Shown: positions 29,978 through 41,672, numbered from the stretch's first letter. The stretch: 64,000 nucleotides of DNA from an uncultured Bacteroidales bacterium (GCA_963783315.1 CAWAMZ010000018.1:160718-224717), one strand, 5' to 3'. The notes: generated by a model not told the origin, from the letters alone. A program made the numbers and translations.

Positions 29978-30022
29978 AGCTATCTTATAAAATAAATTTC
30001 AATATCGGTTAAACTTGTAAAC

Positions 30023-30412
30023 TTAAACTCTTCTTCTTGCAGGTGGACGACATCCATTATGTGGCAAGGGTGTTACGTCAACTATTTCGGTCACTTCAAT
30101 GCCTGCAGTGTGAATGGTTCTGATAGCTGATTCTCTTCCCGATCCAGGTCCTTTAACATATACCTTCACCTTACGCAAACCCAAATCATAGGCCGTTTTA
30201 GAACATTGTTCAGCAGCAGTCTGAGCAGCATAAGGAGTGTTTTTCTTTGAGCCCCTAAACCCCATTTTACCGGAAGATGCCCATGAAATAACCTGACCTG
30301 CATTATTGGTCAATGAAATAATTATATTATTAAAAGAAGCGTGGATGTGAGCCTCTCCTACAGGCTCTACTTTAACAACCTTCTTCTTAGATGATCCAGT
30401 CTTTTTTGCCAT
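30023..30412 (-). CDS. rpsK: 30S ribosomal protein S11
   Basis: [11 protein letters not shown]...[17 protein letters not shown]...[14 protein letters not shown] at 30412 is preferred over the track's GTG at 30418. Confidence 0.95.
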   Translation of the reverse strand: MAKKTGSSKKKVVKVEPVGEAHIHASFNNIIISLTNNAGQVISWASSGKMGFRGSKKNTPYAAQTAAEQCSKTAYDLGLRKVKVYVKGPGSGRESAIRTIHTAGIEVTEIVDVTPLPHNGCRPPARRRV

Positions 30413-30421
30413 AATCACAAA

Positions 30422-30799
30422 TTATTTAACAGCTTTCTTCTTATTCGCAATAGTTTTTTTCTTTCCTTTACGGGTACGCGCATTATTCTTTGTGCTCTGT
30501 CCTCTGACAGGAAGCCCAATACGGTGACGAATGCCCCGGTAACAACCAATATCCATTAAACGTTTAATGTTAAGCTGAACAGATGATCGCAATTCACCTT
30601 CCACCTTATACTGTTCGCCAAGGATTGTTCTGATTTTTGTAATCTGTTCGTCAGACCAGTCTTTGACCTTAATATTAGGATCAATACCGGTACTTTCCAG
30701 AATTCTGTGAGCTGAACTTCTTCCAATCCCGTAGATATAGGTAAGTCCAACTTCGCCTCTTTTATTTTTGGGTAAATCTACACCAACTATTCTTGCCAT
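30422..30799 (-). CDS. rpsM: 30S ribosomal protein S13
   Basis: [14 protein letters not shown]...LTYIYGIG...RGIRHR.GLPVRGQ.TKNNART. Confidence 0.95.
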   Translation of the reverse strand: MARIVGVDLPKNKRGEVGLTYIYGIGRSSAHRILESTGIDPNIKVKDWSDEQITKIRTILGEQYKVEGELRSSVQLNIKRLMDIGCYRGIRHRIGLPVRGQSTKNNARTRKGKKKTIANKKKAVK

Positions 30800-30840
30800 A
30801 AATTTCTTAATGAATTAATTTACAAAGTTATAACAATTTA

Positions 30841-30957
30841 TTATCCCTGACGCTGTTTAAACTTGGGATTTTTTTTATTAATGACGTATAACCGTCCTTT
30901 CCGCCTGACAATCTTACAATCGGCGCTCCTTTTTTTTACTGATGCTCTTACCTTCAT
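30841..30957 (-). CDS. rpmJ: 50S ribosomal protein L36 (38 aa; not in the ORF track)
   Basis: Hand translation of the minus strand: [38 protein letters not shown] followed by a stop. Canonical position between infA and rpsM. It has a single Cys, so no CxxC..CxxxH zinc ribbon. Confidence 0.9.
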   Translation of the reverse strand: MKVRASVKKRSADCKIVRRKGRLYVINKKNPKFKQRQG

Positions 30958-30975
30958 TTTCTAATAAGTTTTCCT

Positions 30976-31194
30976 TTATTTGTACCTGAATGTTATTCTG
31001 CCTTTTGTCAAATCATAGGGTGACATCTCAACCTTAACCCGGTCCCCAGGAAGAAGTTTAATATAATGCATACGCATTTTACCGGAAATATGGGCTGTTA
31101 TAACGTGCCCGTTTTCCAATTCTACCCTGAACATTGCATTTGATAATGCCTCTGTAATAGTTCCATCTTGTACAATTGAAGGTTGTTTTGCCAT
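30976..31194 (-). CDS. infA: Translation initiation factor IF-1
   Basis: 72 aa. MAKQPSI...[17 protein letters not shown]...[11 protein letters not shown]...PGD.V.VE.SPYDL.KGRI.FRYK. Confidence 0.97.
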   Translation of the reverse strand: MAKQPSIVQDGTITEALSNAMFRVELENGHVITAHISGKMRMHYIKLLPGDRVKVEMSPYDLTKGRITFRYK

Positions 31195-31195
31195 C

Positions 31196-32005
31196 CTAAA
31201 ACTTTACTTTTATCAGTTGTTCGTATTCCGTATATTTTGCAAGTTCTTCTTCAATAAAATCAAAAGATGATAATATTTCAGCTTTTTCTTTAGCAACAGC
31301 CACTGCATGCTCATAATGAGCAGACGGCTTTTTATCTGATGTTTCTATTGTCCAGCCATCAGGACGCTGCACTATATTCTTAACACCCATATTAATCATT
31401 GGTTCAATACATATCACCAATCCTCTTTTTAGCTTCATTCCGGTACCTTGCCGTCCATAGTTCGGAACTTCGGGGGCTTCATGCATATTTCGTCCCAAAC
31501 CGTGCCCAACCATTTCTCTGACAACACTGTAGCCACCTTTCTCTGCATGCTCCTGAACTGCATGACTTACATCGCCAACCCGTTTTCCTTCTACAGCTTG
31601 TTCAACACCTTTCTTCAGGCTTTCTTTGGTATTTACCATGAGCGCCATCTTTTCCTCGGATATTTCGCCAACAGGAAAGGTATAAGCACTATCGCCATAA
31701 AAATCGTTCAAAATCACCCCACAATCGACAGAAATAATATCCCCTTCTTTTAATTCATATTTTGAAGGTATTCCATGTACTACCTGACTATTGACAGATG
31801 TACACAATGTGTTCGGGAAACCACCATATCCAAGAAAACCCGGAACAGCATGATGATCACGTATAAATTCCTCAGCAATTACATCAAGTTCAAGAGTGGT
31901 AACTCCGGGCCTGATAGCTTTGGCAATTTCTGCCAGGGTACGTGATACCAGCAGGTTGCTTTCTCTTAATAATTCAATCTCTTGTTCGGTTTTTAAGACT
32001 ATCAT
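31196..32005 (-). CDS. map: Type I methionine aminopeptidase
   Basis: [16 protein letters not shown]...; metal-ligand contexts VHGIP, DxG..(DCGV), HGLGR and EPM. ATG at 32005 is preferred over TTG at 32008. Confidence 0.93.
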   Translation of the reverse strand: MIVLKTEQEIELLRESNLLVSRTLAEIAKAIRPGVTTLELDVIAEEFIRDHHAVPGFLGYGGFPNTLCTSVNSQVVHGIPSKYELKEGDIISVDCGVILNDFYGDSAYTFPVGEISEEKMALMVNTKESLKKGVEQAVEGKRVGDVSHAVQEHAEKGGYSVVREMVGHGLGRNMHEAPEVPNYGRQGTGMKLKRGLVICIEPMINMGVKNIVQRPDGWTIETSDKKPSAHYEHAVAVAKEKAEILSSFDFIEEELAKYTEYEQLIKVKF

Positions 32006-32035
32006 CAAAGAACGTCTTTTCTGTATTTATTTCAA

Positions 32036-33376
32036 TTAAATTGCTGAAGCTCCACCAGATTTTCCTTTAATCCTTCCGGATTTCATAAGTCCATCATAAT
32101 GCCTCATCAACAAATGACTTTCAATTTGCTGCAATGTATCCAGTACAACCCCAACCAAAATAAGCAGTGATGTACCTCCGTAGAACTGGGCAAACTTATT
32201 GTTTACACCGGCAATCATCGCAAATGCCGGTAAAATAGCAACAATTGCGAGAAAAATAGAGCCTGGCAGTGTTATCCTGGACATAATAGTATCCAGAAAT
32301 TCTACAGTCTTTCGACCTGGCTTAACACCAGGAATAAAGCCACCATTTTTCTTCATATCCTCAGCCATCTGCGTTGGATTGATAGTGATAGCCGTATAAA
32401 AATAGGTGAACAATATAATAAGTATTCCAAAAGTAAAGTTATACCAGAAACCGGTGAAATCAGCAAATGCGGCAGCAAATCCTGTCAGTGTGTCAGAATT
32501 AGCAAAACCGGCAATTGTAAGCGGTATAAACATTAGTGCCTGAGCAAATATAATAGGCATTACTCCAGCAGCATTTACCTTAAGAGGAATATACTGGCGA
32601 ACTCCACCATATTGTTTATTACCCACAATCCTTTTCGCATACTGAACCGGAATACGTCTTGTACCCTGCACCAGTAAAATAGTCAACAATACTACGACAA
32701 ATAACATTACAATTTCAACAAGGAATGCTACCAAACCACCACCGGCCTGTTCCAGGCGTGATGCAAATTCAGCAAACAAGGCAAACGGCAGACGCGCTAT
32801 AATACCAATCATGATGATCAGCGAAATACCGTTCCCGATTCCTTTGTCAGTTATCTTTTCGCCAAGCCACATCACAAACATGGTGCCAGAGGTCAGAATA
32901 ATAACAGAAGAAACGGTAAAGAATGTTCCTTTTATTACGAATGCCGAAGCAGGTAACTGAGCATGAAGATTAGCAAGGTAACCGGGAGCTTGTAAGAGAA
33001 GAATACCCACAGTAAGATACCTCGTCAACTGATCAATTTTCCGCCGGCCACTTTCTCCCTCACGCTGAAGACGCTGAAAATAAGGAACAGCTATGCCCAG
33101 CAATTGCACAACAATTGAGGCAGAGATATATGGCATAATCCCGAGTGCAAAAATAGAAGCATTTGAGAACGCTCCTCCTGAGAACATATCAAGTAAACCC
33201 ATAACACCACCCGATGTCTGACTTTTCAGTCCGGCAAGTTGTGATGGATCAATACCCGGGAGGGCTACATATGAACCAAGCCTGTACACCAATAGGATTC
33301 CAAGGGTATACAGGATACGGGCTTTTAATTCTTCAATTTTGAATATATTCTTTATGGTATCTATAAATGCTTTCAT
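32036..33376 (-). CDS. secY: Preprotein translocase subunit SecY
   Basis: 446 aa with 10 TM segments. LGIMPYISASIVVQLL, GRRKI.Q.TRY. The start overlaps the rplO stop (TAATG). Confidence 0.97.
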   Translation of the reverse strand: MKAFIDTIKNIFKIEELKARILYTLGILLVYRLGSYVALPGIDPSQLAGLKSQTSGGVMGLLDMFSGGAFSNASIFALGIMPYISASIVVQLLGIAVPYFQRLQREGESGRRKIDQLTRYLTVGILLLQAPGYLANLHAQLPASAFVIKGTFFTVSSVIILTSGTMFVMWLGEKITDKGIGNGISLIIMIGIIARLPFALFAEFASRLEQAGGGLVAFLVEIVMLFVVVLLTILLVQGTRRIPVQYAKRIVGNKQYGGVRQYIPLKVNAAGVMPIIFAQALMFIPLTIAGFANSDTLTGFAAAFADFTGFWYNFTFGILIILFTYFYTAITINPTQMAEDMKKNGGFIPGVKPGRKTVEFLDTIMSRITLPGSIFLAIVAILPAFAMIAGVNNKFAQFYGGTSLLILVGVVLDTLQQIESHLLMRHYDGLMKSGRIKGKSGGASAI

Positions 33377-33828
33377 TAATTGCTGAGTTTAACAACGGTT
33401 CCTTCTTTGGCTTCAATTGCTTCCTGTGCAGATTTTGAAAAAGCATGAGCCTTTACTTCAAGCTTAGATGTAACTTCTCCGTTTCCAAGAATTTTAACCA
33501 TCTCGTTTTTCGAAATAAGGCGTGCTTTTCGCAAAGTTTCTATATCAATAACAGTAAGTCCGTTTTTGGTTGCAAGTTCCTGAATAACACTTATATTAAT
33601 TCCCTTAAATTCTTTTCTGTTCGGGTTTTTAAAACCAAATTTTGGAACACGGCGTTGCAAAGGCATCTGGCCACCTTCAAATCCGATTTTACGTTTGTAA
33701 CCAGATCTTGATTTGGCTCCTTTATGTCCTCTTGTTGAAGTACCTCCTTTACCAGATCCTTCACCCCGGCCAATGCGTTTTTCGCGTTTTACAGAACCTG
33801 TGGCTGGTTTTAAATTACTCAAATCCAT
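33376..33828 (-). CDS. rplO: 50S ribosomal protein L15
   Basis: MDLSNLKPA.GS.K..KR.GRG.GSG.G.T..RG.KG...RSG. Confidence 0.95.
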   Translation of the reverse strand: MDLSNLKPATGSVKREKRIGRGEGSGKGGTSTRGHKGAKSRSGYKRKIGFEGGQMPLQRRVPKFGFKNPNRKEFKGINISVIQELATKNGLTVIDIETLRKARLISKNEMVKILGNGEVTSKLEVKAHAFSKSAQEAIEAKEGTVVKLSN

Positions 33829-33848
33829 GACTAAATGATATTTTTAGA

Positions 33849-34028
33849 TTATAACTCTTCAACTTTTAACAAATGCTTTATTTTATTCACCATTCCCATC
33901 ATCTGAGAATTGTTTTCGATCTCAACAGAGCTGTTTAATTTGCCCAGTCCGAGAGCCTGAAGTGTTCTTTTCTGCCTGAGCGAACTACCAATTTTACTCT
34001 TTACGTATGTAACTTTAATCTTTGCCAT
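33849..34028 (-). CDS. rpmD: 50S ribosomal protein L30
   Basis: MAKIKVTYVKSKIGSSLRQKRTLQALGLGKLN.... The internal ATG at 34028 gives the expected 59 aa; the track's longer version overlaps rpsE. Confidence 0.9.
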   Translation of the reverse strand: MAKIKVTYVKSKIGSSLRQKRTLQALGLGKLNSSVEIENNSQMMGMVNKIKHLLKVEEL

Positions 34029-34044
34029 TGCCGTTATATCTTTT

Positions 34045-34560
34045 CTATCCGTTAAATACTTTATCAATAGAAACACCTCTCTGCTGAGCTATGGAATGCG
34101 GATCACGCAGTTCAAGCAAAGCTTCGAAAGTTGCTTTTACCAGGTTATGCGGGTTTGAAGAACCTTTTGATTTAGCAAGTACATCTGTTATTCCAACGCT
34201 CTCGAGCACTGCACGCATAGCACCTCCGGCTTTTACTCCTGTACCACTGGAAGCAGGTTTAATAAAAACCCTTGCGCCACCATATTTGGCAATTTGTTCA
34301 TGAGGGATAGTGCCATTGTAAACAGGTACTTTGATAAGGTTTTTCTTGGCATCTTCAATGCCCTTAGCAATAGCTGTAGTGACTTCATTAGCTTTACCTA
34401 ATCCGTATCCTACAATACCATCTTCGTTTCCTACCACAACAATGGCTGAAAAGCTAAAGGTACGACCACCCTTTGTAACCTTAGTTACCCGCTGTATACT
34501 TACTAACCGGTCTTTAAGCTCTAAATCGCTCGTTTTTACTTTTCTTATACTTGTTGACAT
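34045..34560 (-). CDS. rpsE: 30S ribosomal protein S5
   Basis: ...[31 protein letters not shown]. Confidence 0.95.
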   Translation of the reverse strand: MSTSIRKVKTSDLELKDRLVSIQRVTKVTKGGRTFSFSAIVVVGNEDGIVGYGLGKANEVTTAIAKGIEDAKKNLIKVPVYNGTIPHEQIAKYGGARVFIKPASSGTGVKAGGAMRAVLESVGITDVLAKSKGSSNPHNLVKATFEALLELRDPHSIAQQRGVSIDKVFNG

Positions 34561-34566
34561 AATATT

Positions 34567-34926
34567 TTAAAATTTTAAGCCTCCTTCTCTGGCAGCATCA
34601 GCTAAAGATTTAACCCTGCCATGGTAGAGGTACCCGTTTCTATCAAATACTACAGTTGAAATTCCTGCCTCAAGAGATTTTTTAGCAATCAACTCGCCCA
34701 CCAGTTTAGCCTGGTTGATCTTGTCGCTAATTTCCTTTTCAGCTACTTCCTTGTTCTTGGAAGAAGCGGAAACAAGGGTTTTTCCTGTAACATCATCAAC
34801 AAGCTGCACATAGATCTGTTTGTTACTTCTGAAAACAGTCATCCGTGGTTGATCAACGGATCCGGAGATCGTCCTGCGAATTCTCCTCTTTATTTTCATT
34901 CTTCTTTTTTGCTTTGCTAAAGCCAT
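34567..34926 (-). CDS. rplR: 50S ribosomal protein L18
   Basis: ...[25 protein letters not shown]...; ends [17 protein letters not shown]. Confidence 0.95.
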   Translation of the reverse strand: MALAKQKRRMKIKRRIRRTISGSVDQPRMTVFRSNKQIYVQLVDDVTGKTLVSASSKNKEVAEKEISDKINQAKLVGELIAKKSLEAGISTVVFDRNGYLYHGRVKSLADAAREGGLKF

Positions 34927-34956
34927 AGTTCCTATATATTTTTAAGAGATATCAAC

Positions 34957-35511
34957 TTATACACTAGCAGCTTTACCAGCTTTACGACGAATTTGTTCGC
35001 CAACAAACTTAACACCTTTTCCTTTGTAAGGCTCGGGTTTACGGAATGAACGAATCTTCGATGCTACATGGCCAATCAATTGTTTATCGGCACTGGTAAG
35101 CGTAATAACCGGATTGCTTCTTTTCTCTGTTTTTGCCTCAGCTTTAATCTCCGGGGGTAATTCAAAAATAATATCATGCGAGTATCCCAGATTAAGGATT
35201 AGCTGCTGCCCTCTTGTTTCGGCTCTGAAACCAACTCCAACAAGTTCCTGCTTAATAGTAAAACCATTTGACACACCTTCTACCATGTTGGCAATAAGCG
35301 AACGGTAAAGTCCATGCATCGATTTATTAGGTTTACTGTCGTTCGGACGAGTTACAAGCAATTGATTATCTTCAATCTTTATAGTAATATTAGGGTTTAC
35401 CTTTTGTTCCAGTTCACCTTTGGGGCCTTTAACCACAACAATATTCCCTGGTTTCAAATCAATGGTAACACCTTTTGGTATTTCTACGGGTAATTTTCCT
35501 ATCCTTGACAT
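34957..35511 (-). CDS. rplF: 50S ribosomal protein L6
   Basis: MSRIGKLPVEIPKGVT...VKGPKGEL...; two L6 repeats. Confidence 0.95.
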   Translation of the reverse strand: MSRIGKLPVEIPKGVTIDLKPGNIVVVKGPKGELEQKVNPNITIKIEDNQLLVTRPNDSKPNKSMHGLYRSLIANMVEGVSNGFTIKQELVGVGFRAETRGQQLILNLGYSHDIIFELPPEIKAEAKTEKRSNPVITLTSADKQLIGHVASKIRSFRKPEPYKGKGVKFVGEQIRRKAGKAASV

Positions 35512-35529
35512 TTTTTGTTTCCTCCAAGA

Positions 35530-35925
35530 TTAATGTACATAACACAATACCTCACCACCAATCTTAAGGCTGCGGGCTTCCTTGTCTGTCATAACACCCT
35601 GTGAAGTGGATATTATCGCAATACCCATTCCATTCAGTACTCTGGGTAAAGTATCTTTTCCGGTATAGCGGCGCAATCCGGGCCGGCTGGCTCTTTTCAT
35701 TTCTTTAATTGCGGGTTTACGGGTTTCAGGGCTGTATTTAAGTGCTATTTTAATATTCCCCTGTGGTCCCTTGTCCTCAAATTTATAATTCAGGATATAT
35801 CCCTTCTCAAAGAGGATTTTGGTAATATCCTTTTTCAGGTTTGAGGCTGGTATTTCAACCACTCTGTGCCGTGCCATTATAGCATTTCTAACCCGTGTAA
35901 GATAATCTGCAATTGGATCTGTCAT
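35530..35925 (-). CDS. rpsH: 30S ribosomal protein S8
   Basis: [15 protein letters not shown]......V.IP.S.....I...L...GYI. Confidence 0.95.
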   Translation of the reverse strand: MTDPIADYLTRVRNAIMARHRVVEIPASNLKKDITKILFEKGYILNYKFEDKGPQGNIKIALKYSPETRKPAIKEMKRASRPGLRRYTGKDTLPRVLNGMGIAIISTSQGVMTDKEARSLKIGGEVLCYVH

Positions 35926-35952
35926 TGTTGCAATATTTAATGTTGTAATTTT

Positions 35953-36222
35953 TTACCAACTAGCCTTTTTAACTCCGGGAATAAGGCCTTTTGAAGCCAT
36001 TTCCCTGAAAGTAATTCTGCTGATGCCAAACTGTCTCATGTACCCTTTTGGTCTACCAGTAAGCATACACCTGTTATGCATCCGGTTTGGGTTGGAATTT
36101 TTCGGTAAACGACTCAAACCAACATAATCTCCTTCTGCCTTAAGCTTAGCTCTTTTTTCAGCATATTTATCAACTAATTTACGACGCTTAACCTCGCGCG
36201 CCTTCATTGATTCTTTGGCCAT
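35953..36222 (-). CDS. rpsN: 30S ribosomal protein S14 (long, zinc-independent type)
   Basis: [22 protein letters not shown]...; ends RNRC..TGR.......FG.SR..FRE.A..G.IPGV.KASW. 89 aa with no CxxC pairs. Confidence 0.95.
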   Translation of the reverse strand: MAKESMKAREVKRRKLVDKYAEKRAKLKAEGDYVGLSRLPKNSNPNRMHNRCMLTGRPKGYMRQFGISRITFREMASKGLIPGVKKASW

Positions 36223-36223
36223 A

Positions 36224-36784
36224 TTATTTTTTCCCTTTTAAATTTTTAAATGGTAAACCATATTCTTTTAATAAAGCAAATCCTTCCTCATCAGTAGCTG
36301 CAGTTGTAACAAAGGTAATCTCCATTCCAAGCAATTTATTAATCTTATCAATATCTATCTCCGGGAAAATAATCTGCTCAGATATACCCAGGGTATAATT
36401 TCCACGGCCATCCATCTTGCTGGAAATCCCTTTAAAGTCGCGAATACGGGGCAATGAAACATTAATCAGACGCTCGAGAAACTCATACATTTTTTCACGC
36501 CTTAATGTTACTTTAACCCCAATAGGCATGCTGCGTCTCAGCTTAAAGTTTGAGATATCCTTTTTTGATACGGTTTGTACAGCATGTTGCCCTGCGATAT
36601 CGCTCAATTCATTTTGTGCAATATCAATCAGCTTTTTATCGGCAACAGCCTGACCCACTCCCTGGTTAATTATGATCTTCTGCAATTTAGGAACCTGCAT
36701 CAAAGATTTATAATTAAATTCTTTCATGAGAGCAGGAATAACTTCTTCCTTATATTTTTTCTTAAGAGACGGTGTGTAGTTCAT
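36224..36784 (-). CDS. rplE: 50S ribosomal protein L5
   Basis: ...[32 protein letters not shown]. Confidence 0.95.
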   Translation of the reverse strand: MNYTPSLKKKYKEEVIPALMKEFNYKSLMQVPKLQKIIINQGVGQAVADKKLIDIAQNELSDIAGQHAVQTVSKKDISNFKLRRSMPIGVKVTLRREKMYEFLERLINVSLPRIRDFKGISSKMDGRGNYTLGISEQIIFPEIDIDKINKLLGMEITFVTTAATDEEGFALLKEYGLPFKNLKGKK

Positions 36785-37107
36785 TATTTAATTTCCTCCC
36801 CAGATTTTTTTGAATATCTCACAAGTTTATTCTTATCATTTAGTCTGCGTCCAATGCGGGTAGCTTCTCCGCTGGAAGGATCAACAAGCATGAGGTTTGA
36901 AATGTGGACTGGTCCTTCTTTTTTAATGATACCGCCCTGGGGGCTTTCAGCATTTGGTTTAGTATGCCGGGATACCATGTTCACACCTTCTACAATAGCT
37001 CTGTTTTTATCTTTGAGCACCTCAAGTACACGGCCCTGAACACCTTTCGATTCACCTGTATTAACTATTACAGTATCGCCCTTTTTAATATGAAATTTTC
37101 TAGACAT
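36784..37107 (-). CDS. rplX: 50S ribosomal protein L24
   Basis: [16 protein letters not shown]; KOW motif. Its stop overlaps the rplE start by 1 nt. Confidence 0.95.
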   Translation of the reverse strand: MSRKFHIKKGDTVIVNTGESKGVQGRVLEVLKDKNRAIVEGVNMVSRHTKPNAESPQGGIIKKEGPVHISNLMLVDPSSGEATRIGRRLNDKNKLVRYSKKSGEEIK

Positions 37108-37126
37108 CTCGATTAATTTTTGGAGA

Positions 37127-37492
37127 TTATAATACTTCTGGTGCCAATGAGATAATTTTCATATACTTATCGCGCAACTCCCTGGCAACCGGTCCGAATA
37201 TACGGGTACCTCTCATTTCTTCAACATTATTAAGCAGTACAACTGCATTATCGTCGAATCGGATATAAGATCCGTCAGCACGTTTAACTTCTTTTTTAGT
37301 GCGCACAACAACTGCTTTGCTCACTGTGCCTTTTTTAATATCACCGGCAGGTATTGCACTTTTAACAGATACAATAATTTTATCCCCAATGCTGGCGTAT
37401 CTTCTTTTAGTACCACCTAATACCCTGATGCATAAAACCTCTTTGGCACCACTGTTGTCGGCTACTGATAATCTACTTTCCTGCTGTATCAT
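37127..37492 (-). CDS. rplN: 50S ribosomal protein L14
   Basis: [27 protein letters not shown]. Confidence 0.97.
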   Translation of the reverse strand: MIQQESRLSVADNSGAKEVLCIRVLGGTKRRYASIGDKIIVSVKSAIPAGDIKKGTVSKAVVVRTKKEVKRADGSYIRFDDNAVVLLNNVEEMRGTRIFGPVARELRDKYMKIISLAPEVL

Positions 37493-37494
37493 GG

Positions 37495-37752
37495 CTATTT
37501 AACTCTTTCAATAATTTCAACTAAACGCCAGGTTTTGTTTTTACTAAGCGGCCTGGTTTCCATTATGCGTACTGTGTCACCGATATTACAATTATTTTCC
37601 TGGTCATGCGCATAAAGCTTTGACGTCTTATTCACGAATTTACCGTAAATTGGATGTTTTACTTTTCGTTTCACTGCAATAATAATGGTTTTGTCCATCT
37701 TATTGCTGACAACAACACCAACTCTTTCTTTTCTAAGGTTTCTGGTTTCCAT
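37495..37752 (-). CDS. rpsQ: 30S ribosomal protein S17
   Basis: ...[17 protein letters not shown]...V.R...HP.YGK........AHD..N....GD.V.I.ETRPLSK.K.W.L. Confidence 0.95.
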   Translation of the reverse strand: METRNLRKERVGVVVSNKMDKTIIIAVKRKVKHPIYGKFVNKTSKLYAHDQENNCNIGDTVRIMETRPLSKNKTWRLVEIIERVK

Positions 37753-37964
37753 TATTTATCGCTTTGTGATGTTTCATTTAATTCTCTTTGACGCAATTCA
37801 GTCAACATTCTAGCAATATTGCGTCTCGAAGCTACAATCTTATTCGGATTATCAAGAGGAGAAATTGCGTGATTCAGCCGCATTTTATTAATCAATGCTT
37901 TTTCTGTATCGATTCTTTCTTCGATCTCCTTTGTAGTTAATTCCCTTATTTCAGCTGTTTTCAT
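37752..37964 (-). CDS. rpmC: 50S ribosomal protein L29
   Basis: [18 protein letters not shown]...; 70 aa; position between rplP and rpsQ. Confidence 0.9.
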   Translation of the reverse strand: MKTAEIRELTTKEIEERIDTEKALINKMRLNHAISPLDNPNKIVASRRNIARMLTELRQRELNETSQSDK

Positions 37965-37973
37965 GATAATTCT

Positions 37974-38402
37974 TTAAATAGTTTTTTCCTCGTAATCGCG
38001 CCGGACGATAAATTTAACAGGAATAGGCAGTTTCTGAGCTGCAAGCCTGAGAGCTTCCTTAGCCACTTCAAAAGGAACGCCTTCAGCTTCCAATAGAATT
38101 CTTCCGGGCGTAACCGGTGCAACAAAAGCTTCCGGAGCGCCTTTACCCTTACCCATACGAACCTCAGCAGGCTTTTTGGTAATCGGCTTATCGGGGAAGA
38201 TACGAATCCATATCTGTCCTTCACGCTTCATATACCTGGTCACAGCCTGACGGGCAGCCTCAATCTGGCGGCCGGTGATCCAGGCTTCTTCCAGTGCTTT
38301 GATTCCGAATGAACCGAATGCTAACTGGTTCCCACGCTGGGCGTTACCTTTCATCTTGCCTTTTTGCTGCCTCCGGTATTTTGTTTTTTTCGGTTGTAAC
38401 AT
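37974..38402 (-). CDS. rplP: 50S ribosomal protein L16
   Basis: [21 protein letters not shown]....FG.FG.KA. Confidence 0.97.
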   Translation of the reverse strand: MLQPKKTKYRRQQKGKMKGNAQRGNQLAFGSFGIKALEEAWITGRQIEAARQAVTRYMKREGQIWIRIFPDKPITKKPAEVRMGKGKGAPEAFVAPVTPGRILLEAEGVPFEVAKEALRLAAQKLPIPVKFIVRRDYEEKTI

Positions 38403-38433
38403 CGTGTCAAATATTTGCTAAAAGTGAAATATC

Positions 38434-39156
38434 TTAATTATTTTTTCTTCTTTTCTTAAATCCTCCACCGGCATTACCACCTGGTTTTGGTTTGCCTGAC
38501 TTAACACCAATATTAGGAGCTAAATCGCGTTTGCCATATACCTCGCCGTTGCAGATCCAAACCTTGATTCCAATCAATCCAACTTTTGTAAGTGCTTCTA
38601 CATTAGCATAATCAATATCTGCTCTTAATGTATGCAAAGGAATACGTCCTTCCTTATACGTTTCGTTTCTTGCCATTTCAGCACCACCAAGACGACCGGA
38701 TACAAGAACCTTAATTCCTTCAGCACCCATTCGCATTGTTGAAGCAATTGCCATTTTTACAGCACGGCGGTAGGATATTTTTCCTTCAACCTGACGGGCA
38801 ATGTTGTTGCCAACAATAGTTGCATCAAGTTCCGGCCTTTTTACTTCAAAAATGTTAATCTGCACATCTTTATTGGTAATCTTCTTCAATTCTTCCTTCA
38901 GCTTGTCAACTTCCTGACCACCTTTTCCGATAATAATACCAGGACGTGCTGTATTTACAGTAACTGTAATAAGCTTTAGTGTTCTTTCAATAATAATTTT
39001 GGAAATGCTGGCCTTTGCAAGACGCGCACTCAGGTACTTACGGATCTTGGCATCTTCAACCAGTTTGGCTGAATAATCTCTTCCGCCATACCAGTTAGAA
39101 TCCCAGCCTTTAATAATTCCTAACCTGTTTCCTATTGGATTAACTTTCTGTCCCAT
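38434..39156 (-). CDS. rpsC: 30S ribosomal protein S3
   Basis: [14 protein letters not shown]...W.S.WY; KH domain; Gly/Lys-rich tail. Confidence 0.97.
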   Translation of the reverse strand: MGQKVNPIGNRLGIIKGWDSNWYGGRDYSAKLVEDAKIRKYLSARLAKASISKIIIERTLKLITVTVNTARPGIIIGKGGQEVDKLKEELKKITNKDVQINIFEVKRPELDATIVGNNIARQVEGKISYRRAVKMAIASTMRMGAEGIKVLVSGRLGGAEMARNETYKEGRIPLHTLRADIDYANVEALTKVGLIGIKVWICNGEVYGKRDLAPNIGVKSGKPKPGGNAGGGFKKRRKNN

Positions 39157-39161
39157 TAAAA

Positions 39162-39581
39162 TTAATTTGATTGAGTATCATTGGTTTCTTCTGCACTATC
39201 TACAAATAAAGTCACATGATTCGATCTTTTACGAATTCTGTGTGCCCTGCCTTGTGGGGCGGGTCTGAGACGCTTAAGAGTCCTGCCCTGATTTACAAAG
39301 ATTTCTTTAACAACCAGGTTGCTGTCTTCCATGCGCACTCCCTCATTTTTGGCCTGCCAGTTGGCAATAGCCGAAAGCAACAGTTTTTCAACATCCCTGG
39401 AAGCATCTTTAGTACTAAACCGCAACAAATCAAGCGCTCTGTTAACTTGTGCACCACGGATCATGTCGGCTACCAGCCTCATCTTTCTCGGGGATGAGGG
39501 ACAATTATTCAGGCTGGCAAAATATTTACTTTGCCTTTCTTCTTTCCGCTGGATCGCTCTGTTTCTTTTTCTTGCACCCAT
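39162..39581 (-). CDS. rplV: 50S ribosomal protein L22
   Basis: ...[19 protein letters not shown]......V.K.L.SA.ANW. Confidence 0.93.
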   Translation of the reverse strand: MGARKRNRAIQRKEERQSKYFASLNNCPSSPRKMRLVADMIRGAQVNRALDLLRFSTKDASRDVEKLLLSAIANWQAKNEGVRMEDSNLVVKEIFVNQGRTLKRLRPAPQGRAHRIRKRSNHVTLFVDSAEETNDTQSN

Positions 39582-39619
39582 TTTATATTCGAAATATTAT
39601 AATTATCAATACTTTTTAA

Positions 39620-39886
39620 TTATCTGGCTTTACCACCATGTCCACGGAAAATACGGGTTGGTGAGAATTCACCGAGTTTATGACCTACCATATTTTCTGT
39701 TACATATACAGGTATGAATTTGTTGCCATTATGAACCGCGATGGTATGCCCCACAAAATCAGGAGAAATTACTGACCGGCGAGACCATGTTTTGATAACA
39801 GATTTCTTACCGGAATCATTCATATCCAGCACTCTTTTTTCGAGCTTAAAATCTATAAACGGTCCTTTTTTTAATGATCGACTCAT
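39620..39886 (-). CDS. rpsS: 30S ribosomal protein S19
   Basis: [15 protein letters not shown]......[40 protein letters not shown]. Confidence 0.97.
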   Translation of the reverse strand: MSRSLKKGPFIDFKLEKRVLDMNDSGKKSVIKTWSRRSVISPDFVGHTIAVHNGNKFIPVYVTENMVGHKLGEFSPTRIFRGHGGKAR

Positions 39887-39905
39887 ATCACTTCAGTTAA
39901 AATCG

Positions 39906-40730
39906 TTATTTTTTCCTTCTTTCTATAATGTACTTGTTGGAATCTTTCTTTTTTGACCGGGTTTTATAACCTTTAGCCGGTAATCCCTTCCGTGATCTCG
40001 GGTGTCCGCCGGATGCACGGCCTTCTCCACCACCCATCGGGTGATCAACAGGATTCATAACAACTCCACGAACACGTGGCCTGCGGCCTTTCCAACGTGA
40101 ACGGCCTGCTTTCCCGGAGCGTTCGATAGAATGATCACTGTTCGAAACACTGCCAACAGTTGCTTTACAGGTAACAAGGATCATCCTGGATTCACCAGAT
40201 GGCAATTTTACGATTGCATATTTTCCGTCACGTGATGTAAGCTGAGCGTATGCACCTGCACTTCGTGCCATGGCACCACCTTTTCCGGGTTTCATTTCAA
40301 TGTTATGAACAATTGTACCCAAAGGTATTTTACCAAGCGGCAGGTTATTTCCAATTTCAGGAGCAACATTTTCACCGGAAATGATTTCCTGTCCTACTTT
40401 TAATCCATTCGGAGCAAGGATATAACGCTTCTCACCATCCTTGTAAACAACCAGGGCAATATTTGCGGTACGATTAGGATCATACTCTATAGATGCAACT
40501 TTTGCGGGAACACCATCTTTATTGCGATGGAAATCGATGATTCTGTATCTTTTCTTATGGCCACCACCAAGGTAACGCATAGTCATCTTACCCGTATTAT
40601 TACGTCCACCACTCTTTTTAATCGGAGCTAACAATGACTTTTCCGGTTTGGATGCGGTTAGCTCACCAAAAGTAGATATAATTTTTCCTCTCTGCCCGGG
40701 TGTAACGGGTTTAAATTTTCTTACTGCCAT
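39906..40730 (-). CDS. rplB: 50S ribosomal protein L2
   Basis: [15 protein letters not shown]...GGGHK..YR.IDF.R...; [13 protein letters not shown]. Confidence 0.97.
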   Translation of the reverse strand: MAVRKFKPVTPGQRGKIISTFGELTASKPEKSLLAPIKKSGGRNNTGKMTMRYLGGGHKKRYRIIDFHRNKDGVPAKVASIEYDPNRTANIALVVYKDGEKRYILAPNGLKVGQEIISGENVAPEIGNNLPLGKIPLGTIVHNIEMKPGKGGAMARSAGAYAQLTSRDGKYAIVKLPSGESRMILVTCKATVGSVSNSDHSIERSGKAGRSRWKGRRPRVRGVVMNPVDHPMGGGEGRASGGHPRSRKGLPAKGYKTRSKKKDSNKYIIERRKK

Positions 40731-40738
40731 TTTTTATA

Positions 40739-41029
40739 TTATATATTGCTGTAAAAATCAATCGTATCACCTTCAATTAAAGTTACTATTGCCTTTTTCA
40801 GTGCCTTAGTGCGACCGGAAATAACACCAGCCTTGGTAAAGCGTGATTTGATTTTTCTGCTGTTATTTATGGTGTTAACTGCTTTTACCTGCACTCCGTA
40901 TAACTCTTCAACGGCTTTCTTAATCTGTAATTTATTTGCCCTTTTGTCAACAACAAAGCCAAAGCGGTTTAGCTTATCGCCAAGTTTTGTCATTTTTTCC
41001 GTTACAAGTGGCTTTATTAAAATATCCAT
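40739..41029 (-). CDS. rplW: 50S ribosomal protein L23
   Basis: MDILIKPLVTEKMTKL....FVV...ANK.QIK.AVE.LYGV.V..VNT. The internal ATG at 41029 gives 96 aa and avoids overlap with rplD. Confidence 0.92.
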   Translation of the reverse strand: MDILIKPLVTEKMTKLGDKLNRFGFVVDKRANKLQIKKAVEELYGVQVKAVNTINNSRKIKSRFTKAGVISGRTKALKKAIVTLIEGDTIDFYSNI

Positions 41030-41042
41030 TTTACCAGATTTA

Positions 41043-41672
41043 CTAATTTTCAAATGATTGATGCAAAAGATCAAGTGAGCTCTCAACAAACAAGACTGTT
41101 GACGCGTTCATTATATCGTAAGTGTTTAAATCCGACACAGTTACTACTTTGTATCCCGGAATATTGCGGGACGACAAATATATATTTTTATTTTGTTCGG
41201 ATAAAACTAAAAGACACTTTTTATCGCTAATTTTCAGATTTTTACTGATCTGAGCGTATTCTTTGGTCTTAGGTGTCTCAAAATTAAAGTCTTCGACTAC
41301 GAATAATTTACTGTTTTTTGCCTTATAAGTCAGGGCTGAGCGACGTGCCAGTTTTTTAAGCTTTTTATTCAGCTTAAAAGAATAATCTCTGGGTGCCGGA
41401 CCAAAAACGCGACCACCTCCACGAAAAACAGGCGACTTAATACTTCCTGCCCGGGCGGTACCGGTTCCTTTCTGCTTTTTAATTTTCCTAGTACTACCGG
41501 CAATTTCACCACGCTCTTTTGACTTATGAGTACCTTGTCTGAGATTCGCCAGATATTGTTTTACATCCAGATAAATAGCATGGTCATTTGGTTCGATACT
41601 GAATACATCGTCTTTCAGTTCTACCGCTTTGCCGGTGTCTTTTCCAGAGATATCAAATACGTTTAGTTTCAT
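41043..41672 (-). CDS. rplD: 50S ribosomal protein L4
   Basis: ...QGTHK.K.R.E..GS.RK..KQKGTG.AR.GS..SP..RGGG..FGP.PR. Confidence 0.95.
   Translation of the reverse strand: MKLNVFDISGKDTGKAVELKDDVFSIEPNDHAIYLDVKQYLANLRQGTHKSKERGEIAGSTRKIKKQKGTGTARAGSIKSPVFRGGGRVFGPAPRDYSFKLNKKLKKLARRSALTYKAKNSKLFVVEDFNFETPKTKEYAQISKNLKISDKKCLLVLSEQNKNIYLSSRNIPGYKVVTVSDLNTYDIMNASTVLFVESSLDLLHQSFEN

Noticed and set aside
37961-38224. 87-aa ORF overlapping rplP in a different frame on the same strand; similar internal ORFs occur in rpsD, rpsM, rplO and rpoA
   Set aside because: These are embedded in strongly conserved ribosomal or RNAP genes. Their basic, low-complexity translations are by-products of the codon composition of the host genes.
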